DNA of 64,000 bases from Paraspadella gotoi (GCA_051294375.1 JBJCIZ010000836.1:21669-85668); one strand, 5' to 3'. Numbered from the stretch's first letter, positions 12,441 to 24,413 are shown. Notes: generated by a model not told the origin, from the sequence alone. A program made the numbers and translations.

Positions 12441-14045
12441 AATGTTTATTTCTTACATTCTATTTCGCGTAATAAGAGAAACGCTTAGCGTGCCAAAAAT
12501 ATATGGTTAAAAAATAGTAAAAATTTAGAAATCAAATTTAAAAATTTAAAAGTCGATGGAGGAATCTTCATTGACAGACAGAAACACAGATATCATGTAG
12601 ATTTTTCAAGTGATTAACTGAAAAACAGGTAATTAACAAGGTTAATTACAGAGCCGTTATCAGTCGCGACTTTAAAAAATGGAGCGGAATGATTGGTCGG
12701 CACCTAAGAGGCGATTATGAGAAGAGGAAAGAGCTGAAGCTGAGCTGATGCAGAGAAGAGGAGAAAGAAAACAAAGAGAGGAATGGATAAATTTTAATAC
12801 AACCTAGTAATTATAAGGTTCTCCAAAGTTTTTAAACATCAAATATAAAAAAATATTTTAAATTTACATTATCTCTCATATTTTCTTTCGTTCTCTTTTC
12901 TCTTTTCGTCTTTCTATTTATCTCCTCTATTTATCGTTCTATTTATTCTGATCGAAGAAAACTAAAAAAATTTACCCTCTAAATTCAAATTCCAAGGCCT
13001 TAAGCCTAAGATTTCAGGGAGGGTCCGTCCATTAACAGCTTCTTTCTCTCTTCTCTATTTTTGAGGATACCTTTTATATCTTTTGCTTTACTCTAGTAGT
13101 CTTTCATGAAAAAAGGGATCCAAAATGGAAAAATATATTTTAATCTTTATTTATCTTTTAATCTACCTTTTATCTCTGTTTCATCTTATCTTATCATCTC
13201 TTTCTCATTGCAACGATTATTTTCTCTTTTTTCTTTTTGCTTCTTGTCTTTTATTCATTCAGACAGCGAGAATTAGGCGTTGCTCCCCCATTAACTCTTT
13301 CTTTTCACTGTTCTTTCAAGTGTTAAAAAGGAGAAAGCGAAACACATCATGAATAATGAGATGGAGGGAGAAAGCGAATGCTAGAGAATGAAGAATATAG
13401 ATAGTTAAAGATCCTCGGCACAAGGCTCAGTAACATTAGGGCAGTAGGGCATTTAAAAATAACAAAATATAACAAATCGAATAAGGTACATAGTTATTTT
13501 AGTGTAATCAAGTCTGTAGAATTCGATGTTGATAACCATTTTTTTGTATAGTTTCATCTTCTTTTTCGGATATGGCGATTTTTGCAGCATATAAGGTAAA
13601 ATTCAAATAGAGCAAACATTGTAAAGTATAAGAAACTCAAATTATTAAAATTTAATAAAAACATATTTAGCTTACATAATATGAAAATAAAAACCCATAT
13701 AAATATTTTGATAAGTTTATTTAAAAATTTTATATTTTATTAGCAGTTTTTTAGCTATATTTATTAATAAATAATAATAAAAAATAGGCTAAAGTAAAAA
13801 AATAAAAGTTTTAAAATTTTAAAATCGGATTTTAATTCCTTACAAAAATTTGATATAAGAAAGTATAATCCATTTTAACAAATTCTTTTATTAAGTAGGT
13901 TAAAAATATTAAAAACTATTTTTTAATTTAATTTTTCAATTTTTGGCTTGTAGACATTGTGTTTGAACTTTCTTTTTGTTGTTTTATCAAAGTTTAGAGA
14001 GAAAACGAAAATGTCGTTGCAACAACAAGTGAATTAATTAATTCG

Positions 14046-14085
14046 GACATGTTTCGACTCTTATGTTTTTACGAGACTTCATCAG
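14046..14085 (-). ncRNA. Minimal hammerhead-ribozyme motif with palindromic stem III (Penelope pLTR type)
   Basis: Minus strand reads CTGATGA-agtctc...gagtc-GAAACATGTC. ACATGT is self-complementary and the triplet is GUC. Confidence 0.55.
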
Positions 14086-14140
14086 CAAGTACTCAATAAG
14101 TGTTTAGTTTCACAAACATTAGTTTTTGAGAGAGAGAAAA

Positions 14141-14176
<36 letters not shown>

Positions 14177-14499
14177 TTTTCCAACAAAGAATTGAGCAAG
14201 GGATAGAGGTCAGATGTAAGGACAGGTGAAGGTGAGGACAGGGAAAGAGTAAGTGAGATTATAAATGGTGGAAGGAGAGAGAGAGATAGAAATCAATACA
14301 TTAGGCAATGTACAACAATGATAAAATTTGACAAAAACTAAACATTTAACATGAATTAATAAATTAGTTTGTACTGATGAAAGTTTGTAATTTTAAAGGA
14401 AGTGAAAAATGAAAGGAAATAGGAAAATGAGTAATGAGGGATAGATAAGTTAAAGATAAGTAAAATGATAAGATGAGAAAGAGCTCAAAATGAGCCGCT

Positions 14500-14640
14500 C
14501 TGATTCCGTCGACCCCCGAGCTTCAGGCCGCCGAGCTTGAGCATGTCAAAAGAGCCCTGGCGATCTATGGTTACCCTCTGTGGGCGTTCGAGAAGGCAAG
14601 GTTCCGGCAGAACCTGGCTGAGGATAGTGGCCACCTAGGG
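14500..14640 (+). pseudogene. Penelope-like retroelement fragment (RT C-terminal/thumb region)
   Basis: Translates PELQAAELEHVKRALAIYGYPLWAFEKARFR, matching the E-L-x-H...L..NGYP pattern of PLE reverse transcriptases. Confidence 0.6.
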
Positions 14641-14649
14641 GCTGTCCAA

Positions 14650-15207
14650 TAAGGCGTAGTAAAATTCCTAAGTTTAACTTTAATTAAAATTCTAAAAGTG
14701 AGGAACGAACAACATTATACTTATGAACATTTATGTATAAAAAAAATTTATAATAAATTTTACAATTTACGCAGTAGGCCATATTTATACTAGTACTAAA
14801 CCAATAAATGTTAAAATTTCAAAACAGTTTTTTCTAAGATTTTTTTGCAGATTTGGATTCGTCATAAAAAGTTGATGAAAAGAAATATAACTCTTTTTGA
14901 AAATTAACTTTTTATATATTAAATATAGTTTTTTTAATTTTTAACCCACTTAATGAAAGAATTTTTAAAAATGATTTATATTTTCTTTTATCAACTTTTG
15001 ACGAGGTATTTAAATCTGCAATCAAAATTAAGAAAAGCCTATTTTGAAAATCTTTTGATTTTATAAGGATAGTACTATATATAAATATAGCCTACTGCGA
15101 AAATTAAAAAACATAAATTAATTTTTTTTACAAATTAATGTTCACTGATCGTATATTGTTCATAATTAACTTTTAGAATTTTCGTATGTAACTTTCACTA
15201 CGCCTTA
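14650..15207. mobile_element. hAT-type MITE
   Basis: TIRs TAAGGCGTAGTAAAA / TTTCACTACGCCTTA with a perfect 8-bp TSD CTGTCCAA (14642-14649, 15208-15215). Another right end lies at ~53746-53760. Confidence 0.85.
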
Positions 15208-16898
15208 CTGTCCAAGTAACCACTGACGCAGGTTCAACCTCCACCCCCCAGGAGGAAGAACGAGACCTTGCTGTTGAAGGACCGACCGCGCCCACCACAG
15301 TGCAAACGGGAGATAAACAGAAGCGTCTCAAGAACGTGATGGTTACATCGCAGGAGTATCAAGCCACCAAAAGCAAATCGGATCCGAGGCTCGGGCGATC
15401 TCCGCGGAAATGGAATCGCCGAATCCTGATTGGTCAAGCATGGAACCGGAATCGACCAATCAGCTTGCAGAATCATTGAAACTGTAAATTTTACCCACGT
15501 CGCCGATCCTCTTCCTTAGATATAAATAGACTTAGCTTGTTCTAGTTTCAGTAGAATTGATCAAGACTCCTGCGCGCGTCTCACCGTCACCTTTATTCTT
15601 CAGAATAAAACTTACCTTGATTTTGTCCATAGAAATCCATGAGTTTTAACTTAAATGTGGTGACAGGACTTCTGGGCAAGACTCACCACTCCTCCAAGAA
15701 GCCAAAGCCACCAGCAACCACGCCACCCGAAATGGATCCTGCACCCTCAACCTCCACCTCTGCCCCCGCCGGGCAGATACCTCCACCACTCCCGGCACCC
15801 AAGGGCAATTGGACGGATTGGCGAGATCCCGACAAGATGGCGCCGAAACTCGGTTTATATATATAATTTATATTCAGCTTGTCATCATCGATATCCTTAA
15901 AATTGAGTCAGGACAGTTATTAAATGTTTTGTTTACTTTTTATCAAAACAAACAAATATCCTCTATTTTACTTTGTCTCCTTCTCTCTCTCTCTCTCACT
16001 CTTTCTCTCTATCTCACTCTCTCTCTTTCTCTCTCACTCTCTCTCTCTCTCTCTCTCTCTTTTTATGCAATTGCGACGATCCTTATGCTTTTAAGTTTTT
16101 TTTAACTTGCATCATTTTTTCAACTTGTATAATTTTTTCAACTTGCATTCCATCAAAACTTTATATCTAGCTTCTTCAATCACTTTCCTACCGGCTCACA
16201 AAATTTCATCTCAATCTATCATGGGTTAAAATAAATAAAAAGATTCAAGTAAATGTGACTCATATTTTTTTCATTTAAACTCATTTCCACTGGTACGAGA
16301 GATATACTATTACACCTTCTGGCCATCTTGATAAGGTTTGTGGGTACTCGAAACTCAAAAAACTTATCAGTTTATCAAGATGGCCAGAAAGAACGCTGTC
16401 GTAACGATTTTCTAGCTGCTGATTATCACTCTGTGAAACCGCCAGCTGCGTTTTGATTTCAGTGGATCGTTCAGCCGATTGTTTGGCTGACTGAGGCGTG
16501 GTCACAGTTTGACCACACCTTGACCAAGATAAAGATTCGCGGCGCTCAAAATCGAAAAAACTTATCAGCTTATCAAGATGGTCAGAAAGAATGGTGCAAC
16601 CGCACTTTCGTTTCTGCGAATCGATTCGACTAGACGTTCTTATCTTTTTTTTTGTCTGGCTGACTGTCTGGCCGACTGCCAGAAAAAATTATGACATAAA
16701 AAAATGCTGACGTAACACTTTTTTAGCCGCGCGAAACCGCCAGGTGTGCTCTTTCTCGTCGAACCTCTTTACGTCTTTTGTTTATTGATAGATCTACACA
16801 GTGTCGGATATTTTTCTAGTTTTATTAGTATAAATTGGTCAAAAAAAATCAACAAATAATTTTAGTTCCCTTTATTCACCCCCCACTCTCTTTATTGT

Positions 16899-17447
16899 TT
16901 ATTCAAATAAGTCAGGCATCGCGTTTGGATTTTTTAAGACGAATGGAATGTTTGGAATTACTATGCTAGATAGTTTTACCATATTCTGTTGACTTTCGCT
17001 TTCATTAGTTTCTCTACTTTTATTTTCATCAGTTTCATACGTTTTTTCAATTTTGGTTTCTTTTTTATCAATATTTCCAAATGTTTTTAATGAAGCGGGG
17101 TTTTCCTCATGTAGTTCTATAAACGTAGTTTCTTCGTGATAAGTGTCTTCGTCGGAAGAAGACGACGACAACGGTATCACCGAATTCTCAAAACCTTTAT
17201 TATTTTTACTTTCCAGAAAGGTAAGTTTATAATTCTCCTTAATTTCTTTTCTTTTTTTCAACAGAGATGCGAAGGTTTTTTGAGTCACTTCGCCATCGAA
17301 TTCCACTTCTTCACCCGAATCGGGATCTTCTCCCTGTTTCTTCTCATATTTTCTAATACTCTTATTTTTTCTTTTATAGTATTTATTAATGCTCGACGTT
17401 CGTTTGGGCGGAGAGGGTCGATTTTTTTTAATTTGATGTTGAATCAA
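16899..17447 (-). CDS. Lys/Glu-rich hypothetical ORF (182 aa), possibly a continuation of the upstream mucin-like gene
   Basis: Long open frame in AT-rich DNA starting 1 nt after the stop of 17449-18382. No ATG at its start. Confidence 0.4.
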   Translation of the reverse strand: MIQHQIKKNRPSPPKRTSSINKYYKRKNKSIRKYEKKQGEDPDSGEEVEFDGEVTQKTFASLLKKRKEIKENYKLTFLESKNNKGFENSVIPLSSSSSDEDTYHEETTFIELHEENPASLKTFGNIDKKETKIEKTYETDENKSRETNESESQQNMVKLSSIVIPNIPFVLKNPNAMPDLFE

Positions 17448-17448
17448 T

Positions 17449-18382
17449 TTATTTACTTTTAATAAAATGGTGAAAACCCGACTGTAAAAAATTTATCACC
17501 AAATTCATCGTTACATCGCCTTCTTCCTTTATTCTCTGTTGCAGTTTAGCAGTTTTGGTTATTCCCAACGAGATGGTCGAATCTTCATAACCTATGCAAC
17601 TAGTCCATGGGTTAGTTATTTTTGAAGCAGTTTTATTTTGTTCCATCTTACTACTAGTATGAATTCCATCATCATTTGTTATCCTCGTTGTCATCATCGT
17701 TGTCCAAGTTAACTCCGTGGAACTTAACATTTTGCCGCTCGTGCTTTTTGTTTTATCAATTTTGGTCGTTTCGTCGGTTCCAGCTGTTTTGTGGTGGTGG
17801 GTGGTTCTATCGCCGCTTCCATCGGTCGTCGTCGTCTCTTCGTCTACTCTCCTACCCGTTGTGTAATCTACTTCCGTCTTTGTCGAGCCACTCGTTGTTT
17901 CCATCACCTCCCTCGTATTCCCTCTGGTCGTTCGCCAATCCCCAGTCGTCTCCACTCGCCCGTGGGTTGTTCGACAATCCCCAGTCGTCTCCACTCGCCC
18001 GTGGGTCGTTGCAGTTACCTCCTTGGTCGTCATCGTCATTTTGTTTGTCTCGCTCACTTCTTTCGTTTTCATCTCGCTCGTGGTTGAACTTATTTCCGAT
18101 ATCGTTCGATCCGTGCTCCATGGTGGTGTCATGATGGAAACCGTCGTCGTCCTAACTATCGTCGTTGACTTTTTCGTCCACCAGAAAGGGGGACGCGTTT
18201 TCTTTACCGTTGACCCTTTCGGTTTTACCGTAAGTATCTTAATGGGTTTTTTTTTATTATTTAAACAATATTTTAATAAAATAAAGTATTACTAACGCGT
18301 TTACCTGATCGGGTTCCACCACGCAAAAAATATCTTTTAACAGTAAGTAAAAGATTAACGAGGTTGTAAGGACAGTTTTCAT
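17449..18382 (-). CDS. Secreted Thr-rich mucin-like protein (~288 aa). Exons 18382-18305, 18237-17449
   Basis: Signal-like exon MKTVLTTSLIFYLLLKDIFC and a 67-nt phase-0 GT-AG intron in frame with ORF 17449-18132. Contains a 39-bp tandem unit (TTHGRVETTGD[C/W]R). Confidence 0.6.
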
Positions 18383-18628
18383 TTTTTAGCCGTTATTACA
18401 ACGTCGATTTTGGATCGAGACTGATTTCTTTAAAAAGAATCGATAAGGCCAGCGGAACGTAGCCAAAGATTTTTTTGATAATAGAGAGATAGAAGGAAAA
18501 AAAATAAAAAATACACACTGTGTAATCACGAAACCGAGCCACTTATTCTTGACTTTTGACATTTCAAGTGCTTTCAATATGGGTATAAATAAGACCTTTT
18601 TTCTCACCTATTTTACAGACCCAACAGT

Positions 18629-18895
18629 ATGTCTATGCGTTGTCCAGTCTGTTACGAAGATTTTTCTGCCCAATGGCGCACCATCGTTTGTCGGGAAGGC
18701 CACCCAGCCTGTATTTTTTGCTACGAAAAATTATTAATTAATGATAAAGATAACGCCGTATGCCCAACTTGTAAGACTAATTTATTTACCCTTTGCCAAG
18801 GGTGCAAAGAAAATAAAATTAATCGTACGACGAGAGACGTTGAACTCGTTCAATTAATTGATGTCATTACTCTAACTGGAGGGCTCTGGGCCTAA
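18629..18895 (+). CDS. Small C3HC4 RING-finger protein (88 aa), putative E3 ligase
   Basis: CPVC-x12-C-REG-H-PA-CIFC-x13-CPTC. TATAAATA at 18584-18591. Confidence 0.75.
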   Translation: MSMRCPVCYEDFSAQWRTIVCREGHPACIFCYEKLLINDKDNAVCPTCKTNLFTLCQGCKENKINRTTRDVELVQLIDVITLTGGLWA

Positions 18896-18896
18896 C

Positions 18897-19212
18897 TGTG
18901 TCTCACGTCTGGTAGAAACCGAACGGAATGGGAGGAGAATAAATGTATTTCACAACTGAGGTCTAAACTCTATCTGAAAAATAATAAAATGTCCGAAAAA
19001 AGGGAGAGAGAAAGAGGCGGAGAGAGAGAGAGAGAAGATGGACTGAACCTAAAACTTGAACGCGACCCCGAATCCCTGTGAGGAGGATGAGGAGGGAGGA
19101 GGAAAAGAGAGAGAAGAGGAGCTAGAGACCCGCGTAGTCTATTGGCCTTCGATTCTGGGCTCCTTGTTTGCGTCAAGATGGCGTCTCGGGCCTTGAATGG
19201 CGTGAGACGTCA
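18897..19212 (-). mobile_element. Putative LTR (~316 bp) downstream of the glycoprotein gene
   Basis: TG...CA bounded with imperfect inverted termini TGTGTCTCACG / CGTGAGACGTCA and a YY1-like CGCCATCTT. No clear purine-rich PPT and no partner LTR in the window. Confidence 0.4.
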
Positions 19213-19656
19213 TCGTGCTGGTGCGTAGTGAGAATGCCTAACCGTGCTGAAAGTGTGAGTGGTGGAGAGAGGGGAGAGTGAGAGAGGGTGTCCGGGAGAG
19301 GGAGGGGGGAACAATGGTAGATTGAAAAAAAAAATATATGCATATAACAGTAACGCTAACAATAGTAGTAATAGAAGCAAGATAACAAATTTTCATTGCA
19401 GGTGGCGATGATGTGATAGGGTGATTAGAGTTAATTGTTTGTTTATATTGATGATGTTGCAGAGATGACAAAATTGTATAAGCAGTACAAAACTAACAGA
19501 CAAAAGGACATATAAGACAAAGGACAAAAAGACAAAGAGCTACTTGGCGATGATATTGTCATGCAATTAGTTGAGTTGGGTTGTTACTTTTTTTTCTTTT
19601 ATTGATTTTTTTGCGAGCCGCTTTAGCGTCCTCATTTTCTTCTAACTACGAAACTC

Positions 19657-19791
19657 GGCGTCACCGGAAATGGAGGATTGGCGTCACCAGAAGTGGGCGT
19701 TGCCGAGAATTGGCGTCACCGGAAGTGGGGGTTGGCGTCACCGGAAGTGGGCGTTGCCGGGAGTTGGCGTCACCGGAAGTGGGGGTTGGCG
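19657..19791. repeat. Tandem repeat, about 5 copies of core GGCGTCACCGGAAGTGGG
   Basis: Directly visible with alternating short and long spacers. The unit contains ETS-like CCGGAAGT and a CRE half-site. Confidence 0.85.
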
Positions 19792-19792
19792 T

Positions 19793-20101
19793 TCAGAAGG
19801 GGTGGCGGCGCGGGAAGGCGACGATCGCCCTCTCGTCGTGGTTGGGCGGTTCCCTGAGGCCCAAAGCTCTTCTCGGCGGTCCTCTTTGGTCGATCGCCGC
19901 CACGATGGATTCCAACTCTTCTAGGCGGGTTAGAATCGCGTTCAGCGATTCCAAGTTGTTCCCGACGATTTCTTCCAGGTCTTGGGTTTGGAGTGGGGGA
20001 TTTGGAGCGGGGTCTTCATAGCAAGGGGATTTTTTGCTAAGTTTCGCTTCTTTCAGGTAATTTTCATAGTCAACTAGTATTTTGAAAATACTAATACGCA
20101 A
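19793..20101 (-). CDS. Coiled-coil ORF, probably the frameshifted cytoplasmic tail of the glycoprotein
   Basis: Overlaps the glycoprotein stop, has no ATG, and contains heptad-like LESLNAILTRLEELESIVAAI. Confidence 0.4.
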   Translation of the reverse strand: MRISIFKILVDYENYLKEAKLSKKSPCYEDPAPNPPLQTQDLEEIVGNNLESLNAILTRLEELESIVAAIDQRGPPRRALGLREPPNHDERAIVAFPRRHPF

Positions 20102-20894
20102 GGAATTTTATTGGCAATATGCCGCGGTTCAGCGCGAGCGATACAACCACTACTGCGATGATCGCATAGGCGGACAGGTAAGCGATAGTTAGTTTTGGCC
20201 ATAGATAGCGAATTTGGAGAGTGAGCCCATGGAGTGAGCTGTCACTCTCATATTCTTCCATCTCAATCAGTTTATTGATGGATTTTGAGTTAAAGAGGCC
20301 GCTAATATCGTCCTGAAAACCGCCTTTAAAGAGGCCTTTTGTGATGGATTGCATGGTGAGCTCCATGAGAACTCCCATGTCTATGTGCTCTGCCGCTTTT
20401 CTGGCATATTGCCCGATTCTTTCATCTTTCTCATCACATCTCATCTCTGGGCTATTGGTAAGTAGCAGAGACGTTGCATTGTGCAAGAATCTTGTCTCGC
20501 CATTGGGCATTTCCACTTTTTGCACAGTGTGGCATGCCTCTTTTTCACGTATGGGCCTTACCCATGTTTCATGGCACCTGATAAGCATGGCTCGGTCGTC
20601 AACGACGACGGCGACAAGGCCTCGGTCGGCTTTTGCATCTACTTCATTTAAGGATACGAAGCCGTACTTTGAGAGCAGGGTATAAACCCAATCTCCATGC
20701 CATATTGTCTGGAAGGTGTAACTAAGCACTTCGAACTGGGCTTGTTGTGGGTACTTTGTCACAACCTTGCCAAGAGGCTTTGTGTGGAGGATGCTCGTGC
20801 GGGGGTCATAGCAATCGAATCCTGTGAGGGTCTCGATGCGGGAAGGGAGGAGGGAGGTGAGGAGGAGAAGGTGTAAGAGGTGAGCAGGGGTCAT
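20091..20894 (-). CDS. Shortened viral-type membrane glycoprotein resembling chuvirus G / class III (gB-like) env
   Basis: Signal peptide MTPAHLLHLLLLTSLL, then LTGFDC, then GLVAV...LIRC..TWVR....C...KV...GETRFL..ATSLLL...EMRC, an NAT sequon and a C-terminal TM segment. Pattern recalled from chuvirus-like glycoproteins. Confidence 0.6.
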   Translation of the reverse strand: MTPAHLLHLLLLTSLLPSRIETLTGFDCYDPRTSILHTKPLGKVVTKYPQQAQFEVLSYTFQTIWHGDWVYTLLSKYGFVSLNEVDAKADRGLVAVVVDDRAMLIRCHETWVRPIREKEACHTVQKVEMPNGETRFLHNATSLLLTNSPEMRCDEKDERIGQYARKAAEHIDMGVLMELTMQSITKGLFKGGFQDDISGLFNSKSINKLIEMEEYESDSSLHGLTLQIRYLWPKLTIAYLSAYAIIAVVVVSLALNRGILPIKFLAY

Positions 20895-21066
20895 TTTACT
20901 GATCCCTCTTTTGTTTGTTTTGCTTCTCACCCTTATTTTCATACCTCGAAACATATTTATATTTCTTTATTCTAGACGCGTTATGATTTGTTTACTGGGT
21001 TTTTTTTATATTTTTTTTTTTTATTATTTTTTTTTTATTTCAGTGGATATTGCCGGGAGGTTGGTA

Positions 21067-22914
21067 TTAAGGTTTACTGATAAAAAAAAATTGCCCGCTT
21101 TTTTAGTTGCCTCTTGAAGCTGAACCTTAATCAAATTTAGAGTTTGTTTTTTTTGAAACGTGAAGGGAATACACTTTCTTTGACATAATAATAAATTGTT
21201 ACAAAGCTTTATGCAATTCTTGTTTGAATGATCCAGGCCTTAAACAAGAAATATAATTACTGCTTTTAAAAATTCTTACGTTTTCTAAGTGAAAATATAA
21301 AAAAACTGATAAAATCATCGAAAGATGATGATGATGATGATTTTTTATAGTTTTTCTTATTTTTTTGACACACTTATCGTAAAAATATTTTAAAAGAATC
21401 ATACTTTGTGTAGACAACTTTTTTATGAGCTATCTGAATCTGGTCTTAAAATTTAAAAATTCCAAAAAAAATTTTTTGGCCTTTCCTATCTATAAATAAA
21501 TATTAAAAAATTAATTACTCGGGTATATAGCCATATTAGAAATTTTTTGTCCATTGAAAGTATTCTTAAAAATGTCTAAATATTCGTTTGAGCATGTACT
21601 CACTCTAAATTTTTGACTCACCCCATTGAGTGCGGCTACCCCTACCCCAGTCGCCCTTCCCCCTTGAGACTCCGCTGCGATCATTCGTAGTTACACTCCT
21701 TTTGGAGTGGGAAGAGCGGCGACTTGAGAAGAAGAAAAATAGGATCCCTCGATCTCTTCCGTAAAACTAAACCTGTTCCTATGACAACCGATAAACATGA
21801 TGACTGAAGAAAACGCCATTTGAAATTCGTTGCCTCGCGACGTGTAAACATTTAGATAAAAATATACTTTTTTTGATTAACAATGAAAACAAACAATTAA
21901 CTAGGTGTTGTTTGTTTATTCAACTATATATATCCCTGTTTACCCTCTCTCAGGGACGATAAATGTCTAAAACTATGTGAAGCTCTAACTAATAAACTAT
22001 TGTAAATAAACGTCGGCTTAAGCCTACNNNNNNNNNNNNNNNNNNNNNNNNNTATATAGTTGGAATAAACAAACAACACCTAGTTAATTGTTTGTTTTCA
22101 TTGTTAATCAAAAAAAAGTATATTTTTATCTAAATGTTTACACGTCGCGAGGCAACGAATTTCAAATGGCGTTTTCAGTCATCATGTTTATCGGTTGTCA
22201 TAGGAACAGGTTTAGTTTTACGGAAGAGATCGAGGGATCCTATTTTTCTTCTTCTTCTCAAGTCGCCGCTCTTCCCACTCCAAAAGGAGTGTAACTACGA
22301 ATGATCGCAGCGGAGTCTCAAGGGGGAAGGGCGACTGGGGTAGGGGTAGCCGCACTCAATGGGGTGAGTCAAAAATTTAGAGTGAGTACATGCTCAAACG
22401 AATATTTAGACATTTTTAAGAATTACTTTCAATGGACAAAAAATTTCTAATATGGCTATATACCCGAGTAATTAATTTTTTAATAATTTATTTATAGATA
22501 GGAAAGGCAAAAAATTTTTTTTGGAATTTTTAAATTTTAAGACCAGATTCAGATAGCTCATAAAAAGTTGTCTACACAAAGTATGATTCTTTTTAAAATA
22601 TTTTTAGATAAGTGTGTCAAAAATAAGAAAAACTATAAAAAATCATCATCATCATCATCTTTCGATGATTTTATCAGTTTTTTTATATTTTCACTTAGAA
22701 AACGTAAGAATTTTTAAAAGCAGTAATTATATTTCTTGTTTAAGGCCTGGATCATTCAAAACAAGAATTGCATAAAGCTTTGTACAATTTATTATTATGT
22801 CAAAGAAAGTGTATTCCCTTCACGTTTCAAAAAAAACAAACTCTAAATTTGATTAAGGTTCAGCTTCAAGAGGCAACTAAAAAGCGGGCAATTTTTTTTA
22901 TCAGTAAACCTTAA
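21067..22914. repeat. ~860-bp inverted repeat (21067-21930 / 22053-22914) around a gap, both outer ends at TTAA; Kolobok-like termini
   Basis: TTAAGGTTTACTGA...TCAGTAAACCTTAA. Arms differ mostly by small indels. Related sequence at ~62395-62840. Confidence 0.75.
22028..22052. other. Assembly gap (25 N)
   Basis: N run. Confidence 1.
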
Positions 22915-24413
22915 AAATTTCATCCAACACAGTAAAGTCATTTTTAAACGCAAATTTTTAATTTTTTTTTTCAAATTAACAGCACCTACCTCAGTGTAAT
23001 ACTAACAACTAAAACCAAGTCATTCCATTTATGTTATAGAATCAATTAATGATAAAACATAAACATTTATGTAGAGAGAGAGCAGAACGCTTATATAAGG
23101 ATGTCTATTATCATTTTATACAAAAAAGAATGATTAAAAATTTTAAAATTGTAAAATTCAAAGACATTCGTCCCCTGGCATCTGAAGTTGGGTCCACTTT
23201 GATAACAACCCTCAATGTGTGCCATAGACTGCCACAGATTCCACAGACGGACCAGCCTCATTCTCTGCTTTTGACATTTAGTTTCTGTTCCCCAGGTTCA
23301 AAAACTGGTTCAAAAAAAAGACTGAGAAAAAAATAAATAAACACTTTGCAGCATTCCTCCTTGTGCTTTCCCAGCCACAGCCATTTGTTAATTTAAAAAA
23401 AAATTGTACAAAAATTTGGATAAAACTTTAAAGATTGGTAAAGCAATCATTTAAACTAGAAATGAAAATAGATTTCGGAAAAGTGTAACGATTTTAAAGT
23501 TCTTTGCTCGACTTTCAGTTCTGTAAAATCTACAGAAAAAAAAAAAAAAAATAAAAAATAAACAAAAAGAGTTGGAGCTAAAAACCGTTTGAAATAAAAA
23601 TAAACTAAAATTATTTTTTTATAAGTATGGAAAGGTGGGAGAAATTCTATGAGAGGGATTTTGGAAAATGTTACTAGTTTTCAAGATATTTAGAATTTTA
23701 ATGCCAAAATTTTCTTATTCTTTTTTTTTCCTATGAAGATAAGTGAATTTAAAAAATCCCTTTCATAGAATGGGACCTTGTCCTCAAGTAAATTTATGTA
23801 AAATTTCATGAAAATCCCCTTAGCCGTTTGGGCTGCAACTCTTCCGAATGGTTTCTTTTATTTAATATAGTATTATAAAATTCGAAAAAACAGCAATGGA
23901 TTCGAAGAGAAGATAAAGTGAATACATTTTCAGATCAACTGGACCTCTACTTTTCGAATACAAGCTTTATTTAATCCTAATTATAACTTTTGGCCAGTGA
24001 TCCCAGGCCTTAACTTTTTATGCTCTATCAGAATCCATCAAAAAAATTTTAAGATTTAAAAAAAATATTTTTAGCTCTATATAGTAATATAATATTTTTA
24101 ATTAGGCGAGTACCCTCAGAAGAAAGCATTTTTTGACAAAAAATATTTTTAATACCATAATCTATGGTCATGATAGATTATTTTAAAGCTGTATACATTA
24201 GCATTTAAATTTCATCGGCTATGGGGGAAGAGGATTTGCTCTTCTCCCTCGTGTTTACTTGCATGTATTCACTACTTTTACGGCGGTCTTGGGGGGGGGT
24301 AAAGCGTTTTGGTCTTCCATCGCTTTTTCGCCTTTTCACAACCGCTCTTGGTCTTGCCAACGGAAGACAAAAAAAATTTTTTTTTAGTCAAACTGATAAA
24401 GGAAACCGGAGAC

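Noticed and set aside
19657-19791. Repeat-spacer pattern resembling a CRISPR array
   Set aside because: Spacers are very short and themselves repeated, the context is eukaryotic, and no cas genes are present.
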